Source of the DNA: Zymomonas mobilis subsp. mobilis ATCC 10988
GTDB taxonomy: Bacteria; Pseudomonadota; Alphaproteobacteria; Sphingomonadales; Sphingomonadaceae
Direction of reading: 5' to 3'
Assembly: GCF_000175255.2 (NCBI RefSeq)
Contig: NC_017262.1
Span: 810,001-842,000, forward strand
DNA: 32,000 bases
Within the stretch, counting starts at the first letter, position 1, and the number at the start of each line of letters is the position of its first letter. The position numbers were made by a program, and so were the translations under genes. The notes beneath the pieces were generated by a model, which saw nothing but the letters and a program-made list of their open reading frames with translations, had not been told where the DNA came from and did no database searches. Shown here piece by piece: positions 9,623 to 19,215 of the stretch.

Positions 9623-10990
9623 TTAAAGGGGATAGTGATCCAAATTATGCAAGGTTGACTGCGCCTCGACATCCCCTTGAGCGGCCGCCTTTTCCAGCCA
9701 GAAAATGGCTTCATTCCTATCTTTCGGCACGCCTTCGCCTCTCATATAGAAAGCTCCAAGATTATATTGGGCGCTCATTTCCCCATGACTGGCGGCTCTC
9801 TGGAACCAATAGATCGACTGGGCAAGATCTTTCGGCTCACCCACACCATTATAATAAGCGATAGCGAGATTATATTCAGCCTTACTATCGCCTTGCTCTG
9901 CGGCTTTGCGATAGAGAAAAATGCCACGCGCATAGTCTTGCGCCACACCCCTAGCTTGATAATAGGCAAAGCCCATATTCAATTGCGCTTTTACATGCCC
10001 TTGATCGGCCGCTTTCTTATACCAAAAGGCTGCCTTTGCATCATCTTGCGAGATACCTTCGCCTTTTCGATAGGCTAAACCTAAATTATATTCTGCCTCG
10101 GCATCGCCTTTATCGGCTGCCTTTTGATACCAATAAACCGCTTTTTCATCATCTTTCGGCACGCCATAACCATGACGATAGGCATTACCCAAATTATCCT
10201 CGGCTGCGCTGACATCTTTATCAGCAGCTTTACGAAAACAATCCAAACCGCGCTCATAATTCTGCGGCACGCCGCGTCCCGTCATATAAAAAACGCCTAA
10301 AGCGGTTAGCGCTTCACCATCACCTTGATCCGCCGCTTTTTGATAATATGAAACCGCTTTTTGATCGTCCTGTTTTACACCGGCACCCCGACGATAGGCA
10401 TTACCCAGTGCCATTTGCGCTTCAGCATAATAGACCTGACGATCCGCTTTCATGAAAAGCGCCACCGCTTTTTTATCATCACGAGGCAGCATAATCCCCG
10501 CCTGATAAGCCAAGCCTAAATGCGTCTCTGCCTTGAAAAAATTTTGATCCGCCGCTTTTTTCAGCCAGAAAAGCGCCCGCTCATAATTCTGCTCAACGCC
10601 CTTCCCCTGTTCATAAGCAAGGGCAAGATTATATTCTGCCTCATCAATGCCCTGTTCGGCCGCTTTCTCATACCAAAAGGCCGCCTGCTTATCGCTCTGA
10701 GCAACCCCCTCTCCGGTGGCATAAAGACCGGCCAGATTATATTGCGCCGCTGAAAAACCTTTACTTGCAGCTTTTTCAAACCAGAAAGCTGCCATCGCGG
10801 CGTCTTTAGGCACGGCAGCTCCGACATAATAAGCCAAACCTAAATTGGATTGTGCCGCGATATCACCCGCTTCGGCTGCCTGTTTAAGCGGGATCTGATC
10901 CGATTCAACAACATGCGGTTTTTCTGGGGCAGCCATAGAAGGCGTGACAGAAGACGATAACAAAACAGATAAAAGCAGAATTTTTTTCAC
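9623..10990 (-). CDS. Secreted SLR protein (about 11 repeats)
   Basis: Signal peptide MKKILLLSVLLSSSVTPSMAA followed by tandem 36-aa SLR units. Confidence 0.92.
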   Translation of the reverse strand: MKKILLLSVLLSSSVTPSMAAPEKPHVVESDQIPLKQAAEAGDIAAQSNLGLAYYVGAAVPKDAAMAAFWFEKAASKGFSAAQYNLAGLYATGEGVAQSDKQAAFWYEKAAEQGIDEAEYNLALAYEQGKGVEQNYERALFWLKKAADQNFFKAETHLGLAYQAGIMLPRDDKKAVALFMKADRQVYYAEAQMALGNAYRRGAGVKQDDQKAVSYYQKAADQGDGEALTALGVFYMTGRGVPQNYERGLDCFRKAADKDVSAAEDNLGNAYRHGYGVPKDDEKAVYWYQKAADKGDAEAEYNLGLAYRKGEGISQDDAKAAFWYKKAADQGHVKAQLNMGFAYYQARGVAQDYARGIFLYRKAAEQGDSKAEYNLAIAYYNGVGEPKDLAQSIYWFQRAASHGEMSAQYNLGAFYMRGEGVPKDRNEAIFWLEKAAAQGDVEAQSTLHNLDHYPL

Positions 10991-11168
10991 AATAACCGTC
11001 TATTCAAAAGGAATAACAACCACAGATAGCGCTCCCCCTGAAAGCCATCCGTGATAAAAAAGATCATTCGGAAATGATGCCTGCCCCCAATCTCCGATAT
11101 CAATAAAAGCAGGGCAGCCCCATAAGAAGCCACCCCAGCCTTTTCTCAAAAAAGCCTTTCAGAAAAAT

Positions 11169-11891
11169 TTATTTCTTCAAAGCAGGTAGAATTTTTTGAG
11201 CCGTCACATCCCCCTGATCGGCGGCTTTCTGAATCCAAATCAGCGCATTATCTCTACTTTTCGTCACGCCCCGACCTGTAATATAGGCAACACCTAACGC
11301 CGTTTGCGCCTTGGCATCGCCCTGTTCAGCTGCTTTTTGATACCAAAAGACGGCCTGACCGTAATCCTGAACGACCCCTTCGCCGTGATAATAGGCGGCA
11401 CCTAAATTAAATTCAGCAGGGGCATAACCCTGATGTGCCGCTCTCTGATACCAAGAAGCGGCCTCTTCATCACTATGAGGCACACCCTGACCATTTGAAT
11501 AGGCCATGCCTAAATTATATTGAGCCGAAGCATTACCCTGATTGGCCGCTTTTTGGAAAAAAGAAACCGCCTGTTGATCATCATGGGGCACACCCAATCC
11601 AGAGGAATAAGCATATCCCAAGGCCGCCTGAGCCGGTGCATAGCCTTGGCTGGCAGATTTCTGATACCAAGAGACAGCTTGTTCGTCACTTTTGGAAACA
11701 TCTTGGCCTTTGGAATAGGCATTACCCAAAGCATATTGCGCTTTGGCATCTCCTCGTTCAGCCGCTTTTTGAAGCGGCGATTTCAAACCATCACGGGTCA
11801 TTTTTACAACGCGACCAACACCGATACGGGCAAAAGCGGGTTGGGCAAAAACAGGAAGAAGGGCGGCAGTCAAAACAAGTATTCTCTTCAT
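11169..11891 (-). CDS. Secreted SLR protein
   Basis: About 5 Sel1 repeats; likely start MKRILVLTAALLPVFAQPAFA at 11891, preceded by the paralog-conserved ACGGTGATTATG block; the track start at 11936 is a TTG. Confidence 0.9.
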   Translation of the reverse strand: MKRILVLTAALLPVFAQPAFARIGVGRVVKMTRDGLKSPLQKAAERGDAKAQYALGNAYSKGQDVSKSDEQAVSWYQKSASQGYAPAQAALGYAYSSGLGVPHDDQQAVSFFQKAANQGNASAQYNLGMAYSNGQGVPHSDEEAASWYQRAAHQGYAPAEFNLGAAYYHGEGVVQDYGQAVFWYQKAAEQGDAKAQTALGVAYITGRGVTKSRDNALIWIQKAADQGDVTAQKILPALKK

Positions 11892-12121
11892 AATCACCGT
11901 ATAATTAGTAACAAAGACTGCATAGCCCTTATACAATCATGGCTATAATATCATTCAAAATCCGCTTATAATTTTCTCAAATTGAAAAATATTGTAATAA
12001 CTCTCTGTTTTATCTAAGCACAAATAACGAAATCCTCATGCAAACAACGCATAATTCTTCCAATACAGGGATATAAAAATCCTCTATTGATAAGATAAAA
12101 ATTCCCTTATTATGGATTGGG

Positions 12122-12940
12122 CTATTGTAGTCTTTGCAGGATTTTAAAGGCGTTATAATCCCCTTGGGCAGCCGCCCTTTGTAACCAGAAAACCCCGTCA
12201 CGCTTGGATCGCGCAACGCCCTCTCCTTTCAAATAGGCCATACCCAATAAATATTGCGCCATCACATCACCCTGATGGGCAGCCTTCTGATACCACATGA
12301 AAGCTCGCCCCTTATCCTGCGGAACGCCACTACCGTAATAATAGGCCACGCCAACCATCGTTTGCGCTAAAAGGGATCCCTGATGGGCGGCTTTATCGAA
12401 CCAAAAAAAAGACATCTTATCATCTTTGGGAAGACCGCGCCCTTGATGATATACAAAACCTAAACGGGCTTCGGCCTCGATATTATTTTGCGCCGCCGCC
12501 TTTTGATACCAAAAAGCCGCTTTTGCTTCATCGCGCCCCACGCCCGTTCCATTGTGATAGGCATCCGCTAACGCTACTTCCCCCTCGGCATAGCCTTGAT
12601 TGGCAGATTTTTGGAACCAGAACACCGCCTGTTTACTATTTTTAGGGACATCGGAACGCCCCGTCAGATAGGCTTTCCCTAAAAACATTTGGGCTTCAGC
12701 ATCGCCTTTCTTGGCGGCCTCTTGAGGATGCAAAAAAATTTGATAACGAAGCGGAGGATCAGGCGGTATACTATCTTTTTCGACGACAAGACGACGCCCA
12801 GAGCTCTTTTCTTGAACAGGCTTTTTTATCAAGGCCGCATATTTCGACTGAAAGGATTCTAATTCTTTTCTAATCTGCATTTGCGTGCGGCTCGCGACAA
12901 AAGAAAAAACCACAACCCATAAAAGCAGAATTTTTTTCAT
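12122..12940 (-). CDS. Secreted SLR protein
   Basis: About 5 Sel1 repeats; likely start MKKILLLWVVVFSFVA at 12940, preceded by ACGGTGATC; the track start at 13015 is a TTG. Confidence 0.88.
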   Translation of the reverse strand: MKKILLLWVVVFSFVASRTQMQIRKELESFQSKYAALIKKPVQEKSSGRRLVVEKDSIPPDPPLRYQIFLHPQEAAKKGDAEAQMFLGKAYLTGRSDVPKNSKQAVFWFQKSANQGYAEGEVALADAYHNGTGVGRDEAKAAFWYQKAAAQNNIEAEARLGFVYHQGRGLPKDDKMSFFWFDKAAHQGSLLAQTMVGVAYYYGSGVPQDKGRAFMWYQKAAHQGDVMAQYLLGMAYLKGEGVARSKRDGVFWLQRAAAQGDYNAFKILQRLQ

Positions 12941-13447
12941 GATCACCGTCTGTTTTCTATCATCGAATATGGATGCCTCGAAATGACCGCATCGCTCATG
13001 GGTAAAGACAGACAACGATCAAAGCCGTTTCACGCCAAGGCCTTCATTCTTGTAAAAACAGCCCCTCCAGCGAAACACGTCCTTCCGCATCGCTTTAGAC
13101 ACAAGCCCCAAAGCGCTTCAATTCAAAAATGACTTGTGGTGCATAATCCACAATAAAGCCAATTAGTTACATTCATTCAGACAGTGATGACTAAAACGTC
13201 TTACATTCTTTCAAAAAATCAGTATCAGAGGGAATAAAGGCTGTAACAATACAGTCACTTTTCTACTCTAGACACATAAAATCTTTCTTGGGGCGGGGGG
13301 CTTAAACAAGCTGGATGGATAGTTTGTGTTCAAGGCATATCATCGGATATCGCCCTCTCTATTGGCTTGTCTGGCCTCATTTCTCTCGAAATGAAAATTT
13401 CAAAAACCGATATTTTTGTAGGTTCACGAGGAAATAGGGTAGAATCC

Positions 13448-14392
13448 ATGATCTCTTTTAATCGCCGCCGCTTCCTGTCACTCTCTGCTGGCGCAACATT
13501 CGCCGCCGCAACAGCACCTCGCCTTTATGCCGGTGTTCCCAATCGTCCCCCGCTACGGTCTCACCAATCCTTTACCTTTGTATTTATTACAGACACTCAT
13601 CTTCAACCAGAATTAAACGGTGCCGAAGGCTGCCACGAAGCCTTTTTAAAGGCTCGCCAATTTCCTGCTGATTTTGCCATTCATGGCGGTGACCATGTTT
13701 TCGACGCGCTAGGCGTTAACGCGAACAGAGCCACCATGCTCGCCGATCTATACAAACGCACCGCCGATGATCTGCGATTACCTGTCTATAATACTATGGG
13801 TAATCATGACTGCTTCGGTATTTATAAAGAAAGCGGCGCCCAGCCGACCGATCCTTTTTACGGTAAAAAATACTTTCAGGACAATTTCGGGCAGACCTAT
13901 TATTCCTTTGATCATAAAGGTGTGCATTTCGTTATTCTGGATTCAATCGGTATTACAGAAGATCGCTCTTATGAAGGTCGCGTTGATGCCGAACAATTCA
14001 ATTGGCTCTCGCGCGATCTCGCTGCCCAGCCTGTCGGTACACCGATTATTGTTTCCACCCATATTCCGATTATGAATGCGATTGATTACGCCTCTGTCCC
14101 CCTCAATAAAATGAAACATCATTCTTTATCGGTCATCAATGCAGCCGATATTCTGGAATTATTCGACCATTATAATGTGATCGGGGTGTTTCAGGGGCAT
14201 ACCCATGTTGTCGAACGGGTCGAATGGCATGGCGTGCCTTATATCACGGGGGGATCAGTCTGCGGCAATTGGTGGCATGGCACGCGCTACGGCACGCCGG
14301 AAGGCTTCATGGTCGTCAAAGTCGAAAAGGGTAAAGTCATTCCGCATTACGAAAGCTATGGCTTCCACACGATAGACCCGCGCAACACATAA
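13448..14392 (+). CDS. Calcineurin-like metallophosphoesterase with predicted Tat signal
   Basis: NRRRFLSLSAGATFAAA twin-arginine-type signal; metallophosphoesterase motifs TDTH, GGDHVFD, NTMGNHDCFG, VIFQ-like GVFQGHTH. Track ORF starts at 13367, but the signal begins at 13448. Confidence 0.9.
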   Translation: MISFNRRRFLSLSAGATFAAATAPRLYAGVPNRPPLRSHQSFTFVFITDTHLQPELNGAEGCHEAFLKARQFPADFAIHGGDHVFDALGVNANRATMLADLYKRTADDLRLPVYNTMGNHDCFGIYKESGAQPTDPFYGKKYFQDNFGQTYYSFDHKGVHFVILDSIGITEDRSYEGRVDAEQFNWLSRDLAAQPVGTPIIVSTHIPIMNAIDYASVPLNKMKHHSLSVINAADILELFDHYNVIGVFQGHTHVVERVEWHGVPYITGGSVCGNWWHGTRYGTPEGFMVVKVEKGKVIPHYESYGFHTIDPRNT

Positions 14393-14484
14393 TTGTCTTA
14401 TTATAGCCACATGATATTTTTATGTTACAATTTTAAACTAAAATTAAGAATTAAATTCTTGAAATAAAGGTTTTTTTATTAAAA

Positions 14485-14520
14485 GGATAGGAAATGTCGT
14501 GAAATCGGCATTTTCTATCC
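14485..14520. promoter_or_regulatory. Long perfect-pairing hairpin (15 bp including G-T pairs, 6-nt loop) upstream of phoC
   Basis: GGATAGGAAATGTCG-TGAAAT-CGGCATTTTCTATCC. Confidence 0.6.
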
Positions 14521-14549
14521 ATATTATATAACAAGGGAAGACTGACGAC

Positions 14550-15344
14550 ATGATAAAAGTCCCGCGGTTCATCTGTATGATCGCGCTTACATCCGGCGTT
14601 CTGGCAAGCGGCCTTTCTCAAAGCGTTTCAGCTCATACAGAAAAAAGTGAACCCTCCTCGACTTATCATTTCCACAGCGATCCCCTTCTTTACCTTGCGC
14701 CCCCACCCACTTCCGGCAGTCCATTACAGGCGCATGATGATCAAACCTTTAACAGCACCAGACAATTAAAAGGTAGCACGCGCTGGGCATTGGCAACTCA
14801 AGATGCCGATCTTCATCTCGCTTCAGTGCTCAAAGACTATGCCTGCGCCGCAGGAATGAATCTCGATATTGCGCAATTACCGCATCTTGCCAATTTGATT
14901 AAACGCGCACTTCGCACCGAATATGACGATATTGGCAGAGCCAAAAATAACTGGAATCGCAAACGGCCTTTTGTGGATACCGATCAACCTATCTGCACGG
15001 AAAAAGATCGCGAAGGTCTGGGAAAACAAGGCTCCTATCCTTCAGGTCATACGACTATCGGTTGGAGCGTTGCGCTCATTCTGGCTGAATTGATCCCCGA
15101 TCATGCGGCAAATATTTTGCAGCGTGGCCAAATTTTTGGAACCAGCCGGATTGTCTGCGGCGCGCATTGGGTCAGCGATGTGCAGGCAGGCTATATCATG
15201 GCATCGGGCGAAATTGCAGCTTTACATGGGGATGCCGATTTCCGCCGAGACATGGAATTAGCTCGGAAAGAATTAGAAAAGGCACGCGCATCAGCGCACA
15301 CGCCAGACGATCTTCTATGCAAGATTGAACAAAGCGCTCGCTAA
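14550..15344 (+). CDS. phoC: Class A-type (PAP2-family) secreted acid phosphatase
   Basis: Signature KRPFVDTD ... YPSGHTT ... SRIVCGAHWVSD; overall sequence recognisable as the Z. mobilis PhoC type; N-terminal signal peptide. Confidence 0.93.
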   Translation: MIKVPRFICMIALTSGVLASGLSQSVSAHTEKSEPSSTYHFHSDPLLYLAPPPTSGSPLQAHDDQTFNSTRQLKGSTRWALATQDADLHLASVLKDYACAAGMNLDIAQLPHLANLIKRALRTEYDDIGRAKNNWNRKRPFVDTDQPICTEKDREGLGKQGSYPSGHTTIGWSVALILAELIPDHAANILQRGQIFGTSRIVCGAHWVSDVQAGYIMASGEIAALHGDADFRRDMELARKELEKARASAHTPDDLLCKIEQSAR

Positions 15345-15666
15345 ATTCAATCAGGTATTATTTCAACAAGGGGAAAGATTGCTTGCTGTAATTTTTGGAT
15401 ATCAAACAGGAGAAAAAATGAAAGAGCGCAGCCTCTTTCAAAGGCAATTGGATTTAGTCCGGTGGCATTCTCACGCCACAAACCAAATCATAAATAACCG
15501 CCTCTTTTCCGCCAGATAACTGCAAAATTATAGAATACCGACAGGCTGGAATATCGTCATTTTTCCTAGACGTAATATTTCTAAAACAAGCAATCATCGA
15601 ACTTAATCATTGTAAACCGCTATTTGTATCATAGCAGGATCGGGAAATATTTTAAGGGGGGACGGG

Positions 15667-18159
15667 ATGAAGAATCTTTTATCGGCTAAAACAAAATCTT
15701 TTTTGTCATTTAAACAGTCCAGATTAAATTGGGTCATTTTATATTCGTCTTTATGGGTTTCCGGCGCAATGGCACAAAACACGGTGCCGCCACAGCCCGC
15801 AACCGATGACACATCCAGTCAACAACATGCCGTCACCGATAACAGCGCCAATCATCCGGCAAAAAATGACGGGGCCATTGTGGTGACGGGGCGTTCCTAT
15901 GCCGATGGGGTGACCAGACGGGCATTCGGTGGCGGTCTGATGATCAAGGAAGATTCCCCCAAATCAAAATCGACACTGACTCGCGATTATATCGAAAAGC
16001 AGACACCGGGGCTTAACCCGATGCAGTTGATCGCCCTCTTGCCAGGCGTTAACTCGTCAGATTCCGACCCGATGGGCTTGACCGGTGGACATACCTCGGT
16101 GCGCGGCATGAATGAAAGCTCAATGGGCTATATTCTGGAAGGCTTCCCGCTAAACGATGTTGGTAGCCATGCCGTCTATCCGCAGGAAATCGTCGATTCC
16201 GAAAATTTGTCGACTATTCAGGTCGCTCAAGGCTCTGCCGATCTCGACAGCCCAACCGTCAGTGCTGCCGGTGGTGTGGTCAACATGCATATGATTGATC
16301 CGGCTAAAAAGATGGGCGGTCGCGCCAATTTTACCTATGGCTCTTATAACACTTTCCGTGGTTTTGCTCGTTTTGACACGGGTGAAATCGGCAATTCCGG
16401 CACACGCGCCTATTTCTCTTTCTCCGACACCCATGAAGATTTATGGCGTGGGCCCGGCACCGAAAAGAAACTTCACGGTGAAATGAAAGTGGTCAAGGAA
16501 TGGGGCAAGGATAACAAAGCCTCATTGCTTGTCATCGGGAATAACCTAGACAATATTAACATGCCCAGCGTTAATATGGCTTCTTGGCAAAAATACGGGA
16601 AAGGTATCATGGGCGGGCCCGTATCCGGCATTGCCAATACCGTTTACAGCTCGGTTTATACCGGAAATACCAAAGCCAACACGACCTATTATAAATTACA
16701 TCCCAATCCCTTCACCAATATCTATGTCAGCGCGCCGGTTCATCTCAATCTCGGGCATAAAATGACGCTGACGGAAACCCCCTATTTCTTATATAGCAAC
16801 GGAAATGGCGGCGGCGCTTATTGGCAGGACATGAACAAAATGTCCTATGGTTCCCAAACGATGAGCGGAACAGTCGACGGGCAGAATTATGGCCAAACGC
16901 TGCTTTATGAACCCTCAATCACCAAAACCTATCGTTCCGGTTCTACAACCAAATGGACATGGACATCAGGCATCAACCGCCTGATGGTCGGCTATTGGTT
17001 TGAATATTCCTCTCAACGCCAAACGGCACCTTATTCTTTATTGAATGACGATGGCAGCCCGCGTGACAAATGGGGGGGTGGTTCAAATGTGATTTTAGCT
17101 AATGGTGAGAAAGCCGAATATCGCGACAACTTGACCCGCACCTTTATTCATACGCCTTTTATTGGTGACACAATTTCTTTGCTCAATGACAAATTGACGA
17201 TTGATGGCGGGGTTAAAATCTCGATTATCAACCGTCAGGGCAGAAATTATCTCCCTGACACCTCAACCGGCAAAAATATCAACCAAACTTACCGCGAAGT
17301 CTTACCCAGCGGCTCTATCCGTTATAAAATCAATGACGAACATCAGGTATTCTTCTCGGTCGCGACCAATTACCGCATCCCGATGAATACCTCACTATTT
17401 GATTCCGGCTCCTATGTTGCCGGAACCGGATATAGCAATCAGGCGGTGAAAGATCTCAAGCCAGAAACCTCGATATCCGAAGAATTCGGCTGGCGTTATC
17501 ATGGTAAATTGATCAACACCTCGTTGACCTATTTCCATTATGACTTCCATAACCGTCTATTTTCTCAGACTGTTATCGATCCCAACAACCCAACTTCTTA
17601 CTATTCCAGAAGCATTAACGGCGGTAACCAAACGACGAATGGTGTCGATTTTGAAATCGGTACGCGTGCTATCTATAATATCCGACCTTACGTCTCTGCC
17701 GAATATATCGATGCCCGTAACAGAAGTAATCTCGCCGCTTCGGCCGCCGGTGTTTCCGCTATTCTGCCAACAAAAGGCAAATTTGCGCCGCAAACGCCTC
17801 GCTATCAGGTCGGCTTCGGTCTCGACTACGACAACGGTCATATCTTCGGTAACTTCAGCCTGAAATATGTCGGATCGCAATATTCAACCTTTATGAATGA
17901 CGAACAGGTGCCTTCCTATGTTCGTATGAATATCGGCGGCGGCTATCGCTTCAAAAGCTGGGGCGGTCTCAAAAGCCCAACCATCCGTTTCAATCTTTCC
18001 AACATCACCAACAAGCATTATCTAAACTATGCTTCCGGTCTCCAGACCAACGCCCAATATGCCAAGGCTCTGGATGGACAGATGGTCAAAGGTTCTGCAC
18101 CAACCTACAGCATTGCGTCACCTTTCTCGGCCATGTTCTCTATCAGCAGCGGTTTCTAA
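15667..18159 (+). CDS. TonB-dependent outer-membrane receptor
   Basis: Signal peptide; plug domain TRDYIEKQTPGLNPMQLIALLPGVN..GGHTSVRGMNESSMGYILEGFPLND; beta-barrel with terminal aromatic FSISSGF. Confidence 0.93.
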   Translation: MKNLLSAKTKSFLSFKQSRLNWVILYSSLWVSGAMAQNTVPPQPATDDTSSQQHAVTDNSANHPAKNDGAIVVTGRSYADGVTRRAFGGGLMIKEDSPKSKSTLTRDYIEKQTPGLNPMQLIALLPGVNSSDSDPMGLTGGHTSVRGMNESSMGYILEGFPLNDVGSHAVYPQEIVDSENLSTIQVAQGSADLDSPTVSAAGGVVNMHMIDPAKKMGGRANFTYGSYNTFRGFARFDTGEIGNSGTRAYFSFSDTHEDLWRGPGTEKKLHGEMKVVKEWGKDNKASLLVIGNNLDNINMPSVNMASWQKYGKGIMGGPVSGIANTVYSSVYTGNTKANTTYYKLHPNPFTNIYVSAPVHLNLGHKMTLTETPYFLYSNGNGGGAYWQDMNKMSYGSQTMSGTVDGQNYGQTLLYEPSITKTYRSGSTTKWTWTSGINRLMVGYWFEYSSQRQTAPYSLLNDDGSPRDKWGGGSNVILANGEKAEYRDNLTRTFIHTPFIGDTISLLNDKLTIDGGVKISIINRQGRNYLPDTSTGKNINQTYREVLPSGSIRYKINDEHQVFFSVATNYRIPMNTSLFDSGSYVAGTGYSNQAVKDLKPETSISEEFGWRYHGKLINTSLTYFHYDFHNRLFSQTVIDPNNPTSYYSRSINGGNQTTNGVDFEIGTRAIYNIRPYVSAEYIDARNRSNLAASAAGVSAILPTKGKFAPQTPRYQVGFGLDYDNGHIFGNFSLKYVGSQYSTFMNDEQVPSYVRMNIGGGYRFKSWGGLKSPTIRFNLSNITNKHYLNYASGLQTNAQYAKALDGQMVKGSAPTYSIASPFSAMFSISSGF

Positions 18160-18176
18160 TCGCATAGGATATTCTC

Positions 18177-19136
18177 ATGACGGATAATCGCGTTTTAAAG
18201 TTGTTTAAAAAACGACTGACAAAATTGGCTATAGTCGCCGCTATGCTGACCCTGCCCCAACCGCTTTATGCTTGGGGCATGGAAGGCCATGAAGCCATCG
18301 CCGCTTTGGCATGGAAATATATGACGCCGACAACCCGCAAAAAGGTCAATGCTATTCTGGCAATGGATCACGATAGATTGACCGAACCGGACTTCATGTC
18401 TCGCGCCACATGGGCAGATAAATGGCGTTCGGCTGGACATGGTGAAACCGAACCGTGGCATTTTGTTGATATCGAAATCGACAACCCCAATCTTGTCACG
18501 GCTTGTGCAGCGGCCTCCAACCGTTCCAATCCGATGAAAAATGGCGGCGCACAACCTTGCGTCGTCAGTCAGTTAGACCGCTTTGAAAGAGAACTTTCCA
18601 GTAAACAGACCTCCGATCAAGATCGGGTCTTAGCGCTGAAATATGTCCTTCATTTTGTCGGTGATCTTCATCAGCCGCTCCACGCCGCCGATCATGATGA
18701 TCGGGGCGGCAACTGCGTCAAAGTCTCGATCAATAATGCAAGGTCGCTCAACCTTCACAGCTATTGGGATACCTATGTGGTCAAAGAAATTGACCCCGAC
18801 CCGCAACATCTTGCTGATAGCTTGAAGAAGGAAATCTCGCCGGAAGATAAAAAATCTTGGGTTCTCGGTGATAGCAAGCAATGGGCAATGGAAAGTTTCC
18901 AACTCGGTAAACGCTATGCCTACAGCTTCAATCCCCCCGCTGGCTGCGATGCAACACGCCCCCCCATTCCGCTTTCTGCAGGCTATGACTCAGCCGCTCG
19001 AAAAGTCGCCGCTTCACAGCTCAAAAAGGCAGGGGTGCGTCTGGCTTATATCTTAAACCATCGCCTGCGCTCTATTCCGCTTTCCTATTTTCTTCAGGCA
19101 CAAAAACAGGACGCCGCCGCCAATAATAACGGATAA
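18177..19136 (+). CDS. S1/P1-type nuclease family protein (secreted)
   Basis: Mature N-terminus WGMEGHEAIAALAW; ATWADKWR, EPWHFVDIE, HFVGDLHQPLHAADHDDRGGNCVKV, LHSYWDTYVV zinc-ligand motifs. Confidence 0.93.
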   Translation: MTDNRVLKLFKKRLTKLAIVAAMLTLPQPLYAWGMEGHEAIAALAWKYMTPTTRKKVNAILAMDHDRLTEPDFMSRATWADKWRSAGHGETEPWHFVDIEIDNPNLVTACAAASNRSNPMKNGGAQPCVVSQLDRFERELSSKQTSDQDRVLALKYVLHFVGDLHQPLHAADHDDRGGNCVKVSINNARSLNLHSYWDTYVVKEIDPDPQHLADSLKKEISPEDKKSWVLGDSKQWAMESFQLGKRYAYSFNPPAGCDATRPPIPLSAGYDSAARKVAASQLKKAGVRLAYILNHRLRSIPLSYFLQAQKQDAAANNNG

Positions 19137-19165
19137 GCCTGTTTCAATAATTTTCATCTCAATCA

Positions 19166-19215
19166 TTTTATAGAATGGCCCGTATGTTATTCCGACTATG
19201 GGCTATTCTATAAAA
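19166..19215. repeat. Imperfect inverted repeat, 16-nt arms, 18-nt loop
   Basis: TTTTATAGAATGGCCC ... GGGCTATTCTATAAAA (15/16 Watson-Crick plus one G-T), 30 nt after the S1/P1 nuclease stop. Confidence 0.7.

Noticed and set aside
7412-11948. Plus-strand ORFs opposite the SLR genes (e.g. 7412-7717, 8688-8951, 9677-10078, 11435-11893, 11520-11948)
   Set aside because: Shadow ORFs produced by the periodic codon pattern of Sel1 repeats; overlap strong minus-strand genes and show no recognisable domain.
13160-13290. Possible Pho-box-like direct repeats (TTACATTCnTTCA twice about 40 nt apart) upstream of the metallophosphoesterase
   Set aside because: Spacing and sequence do not match the known Pho-box consensus closely enough to claim; only noted as AT-rich promoter sequence.
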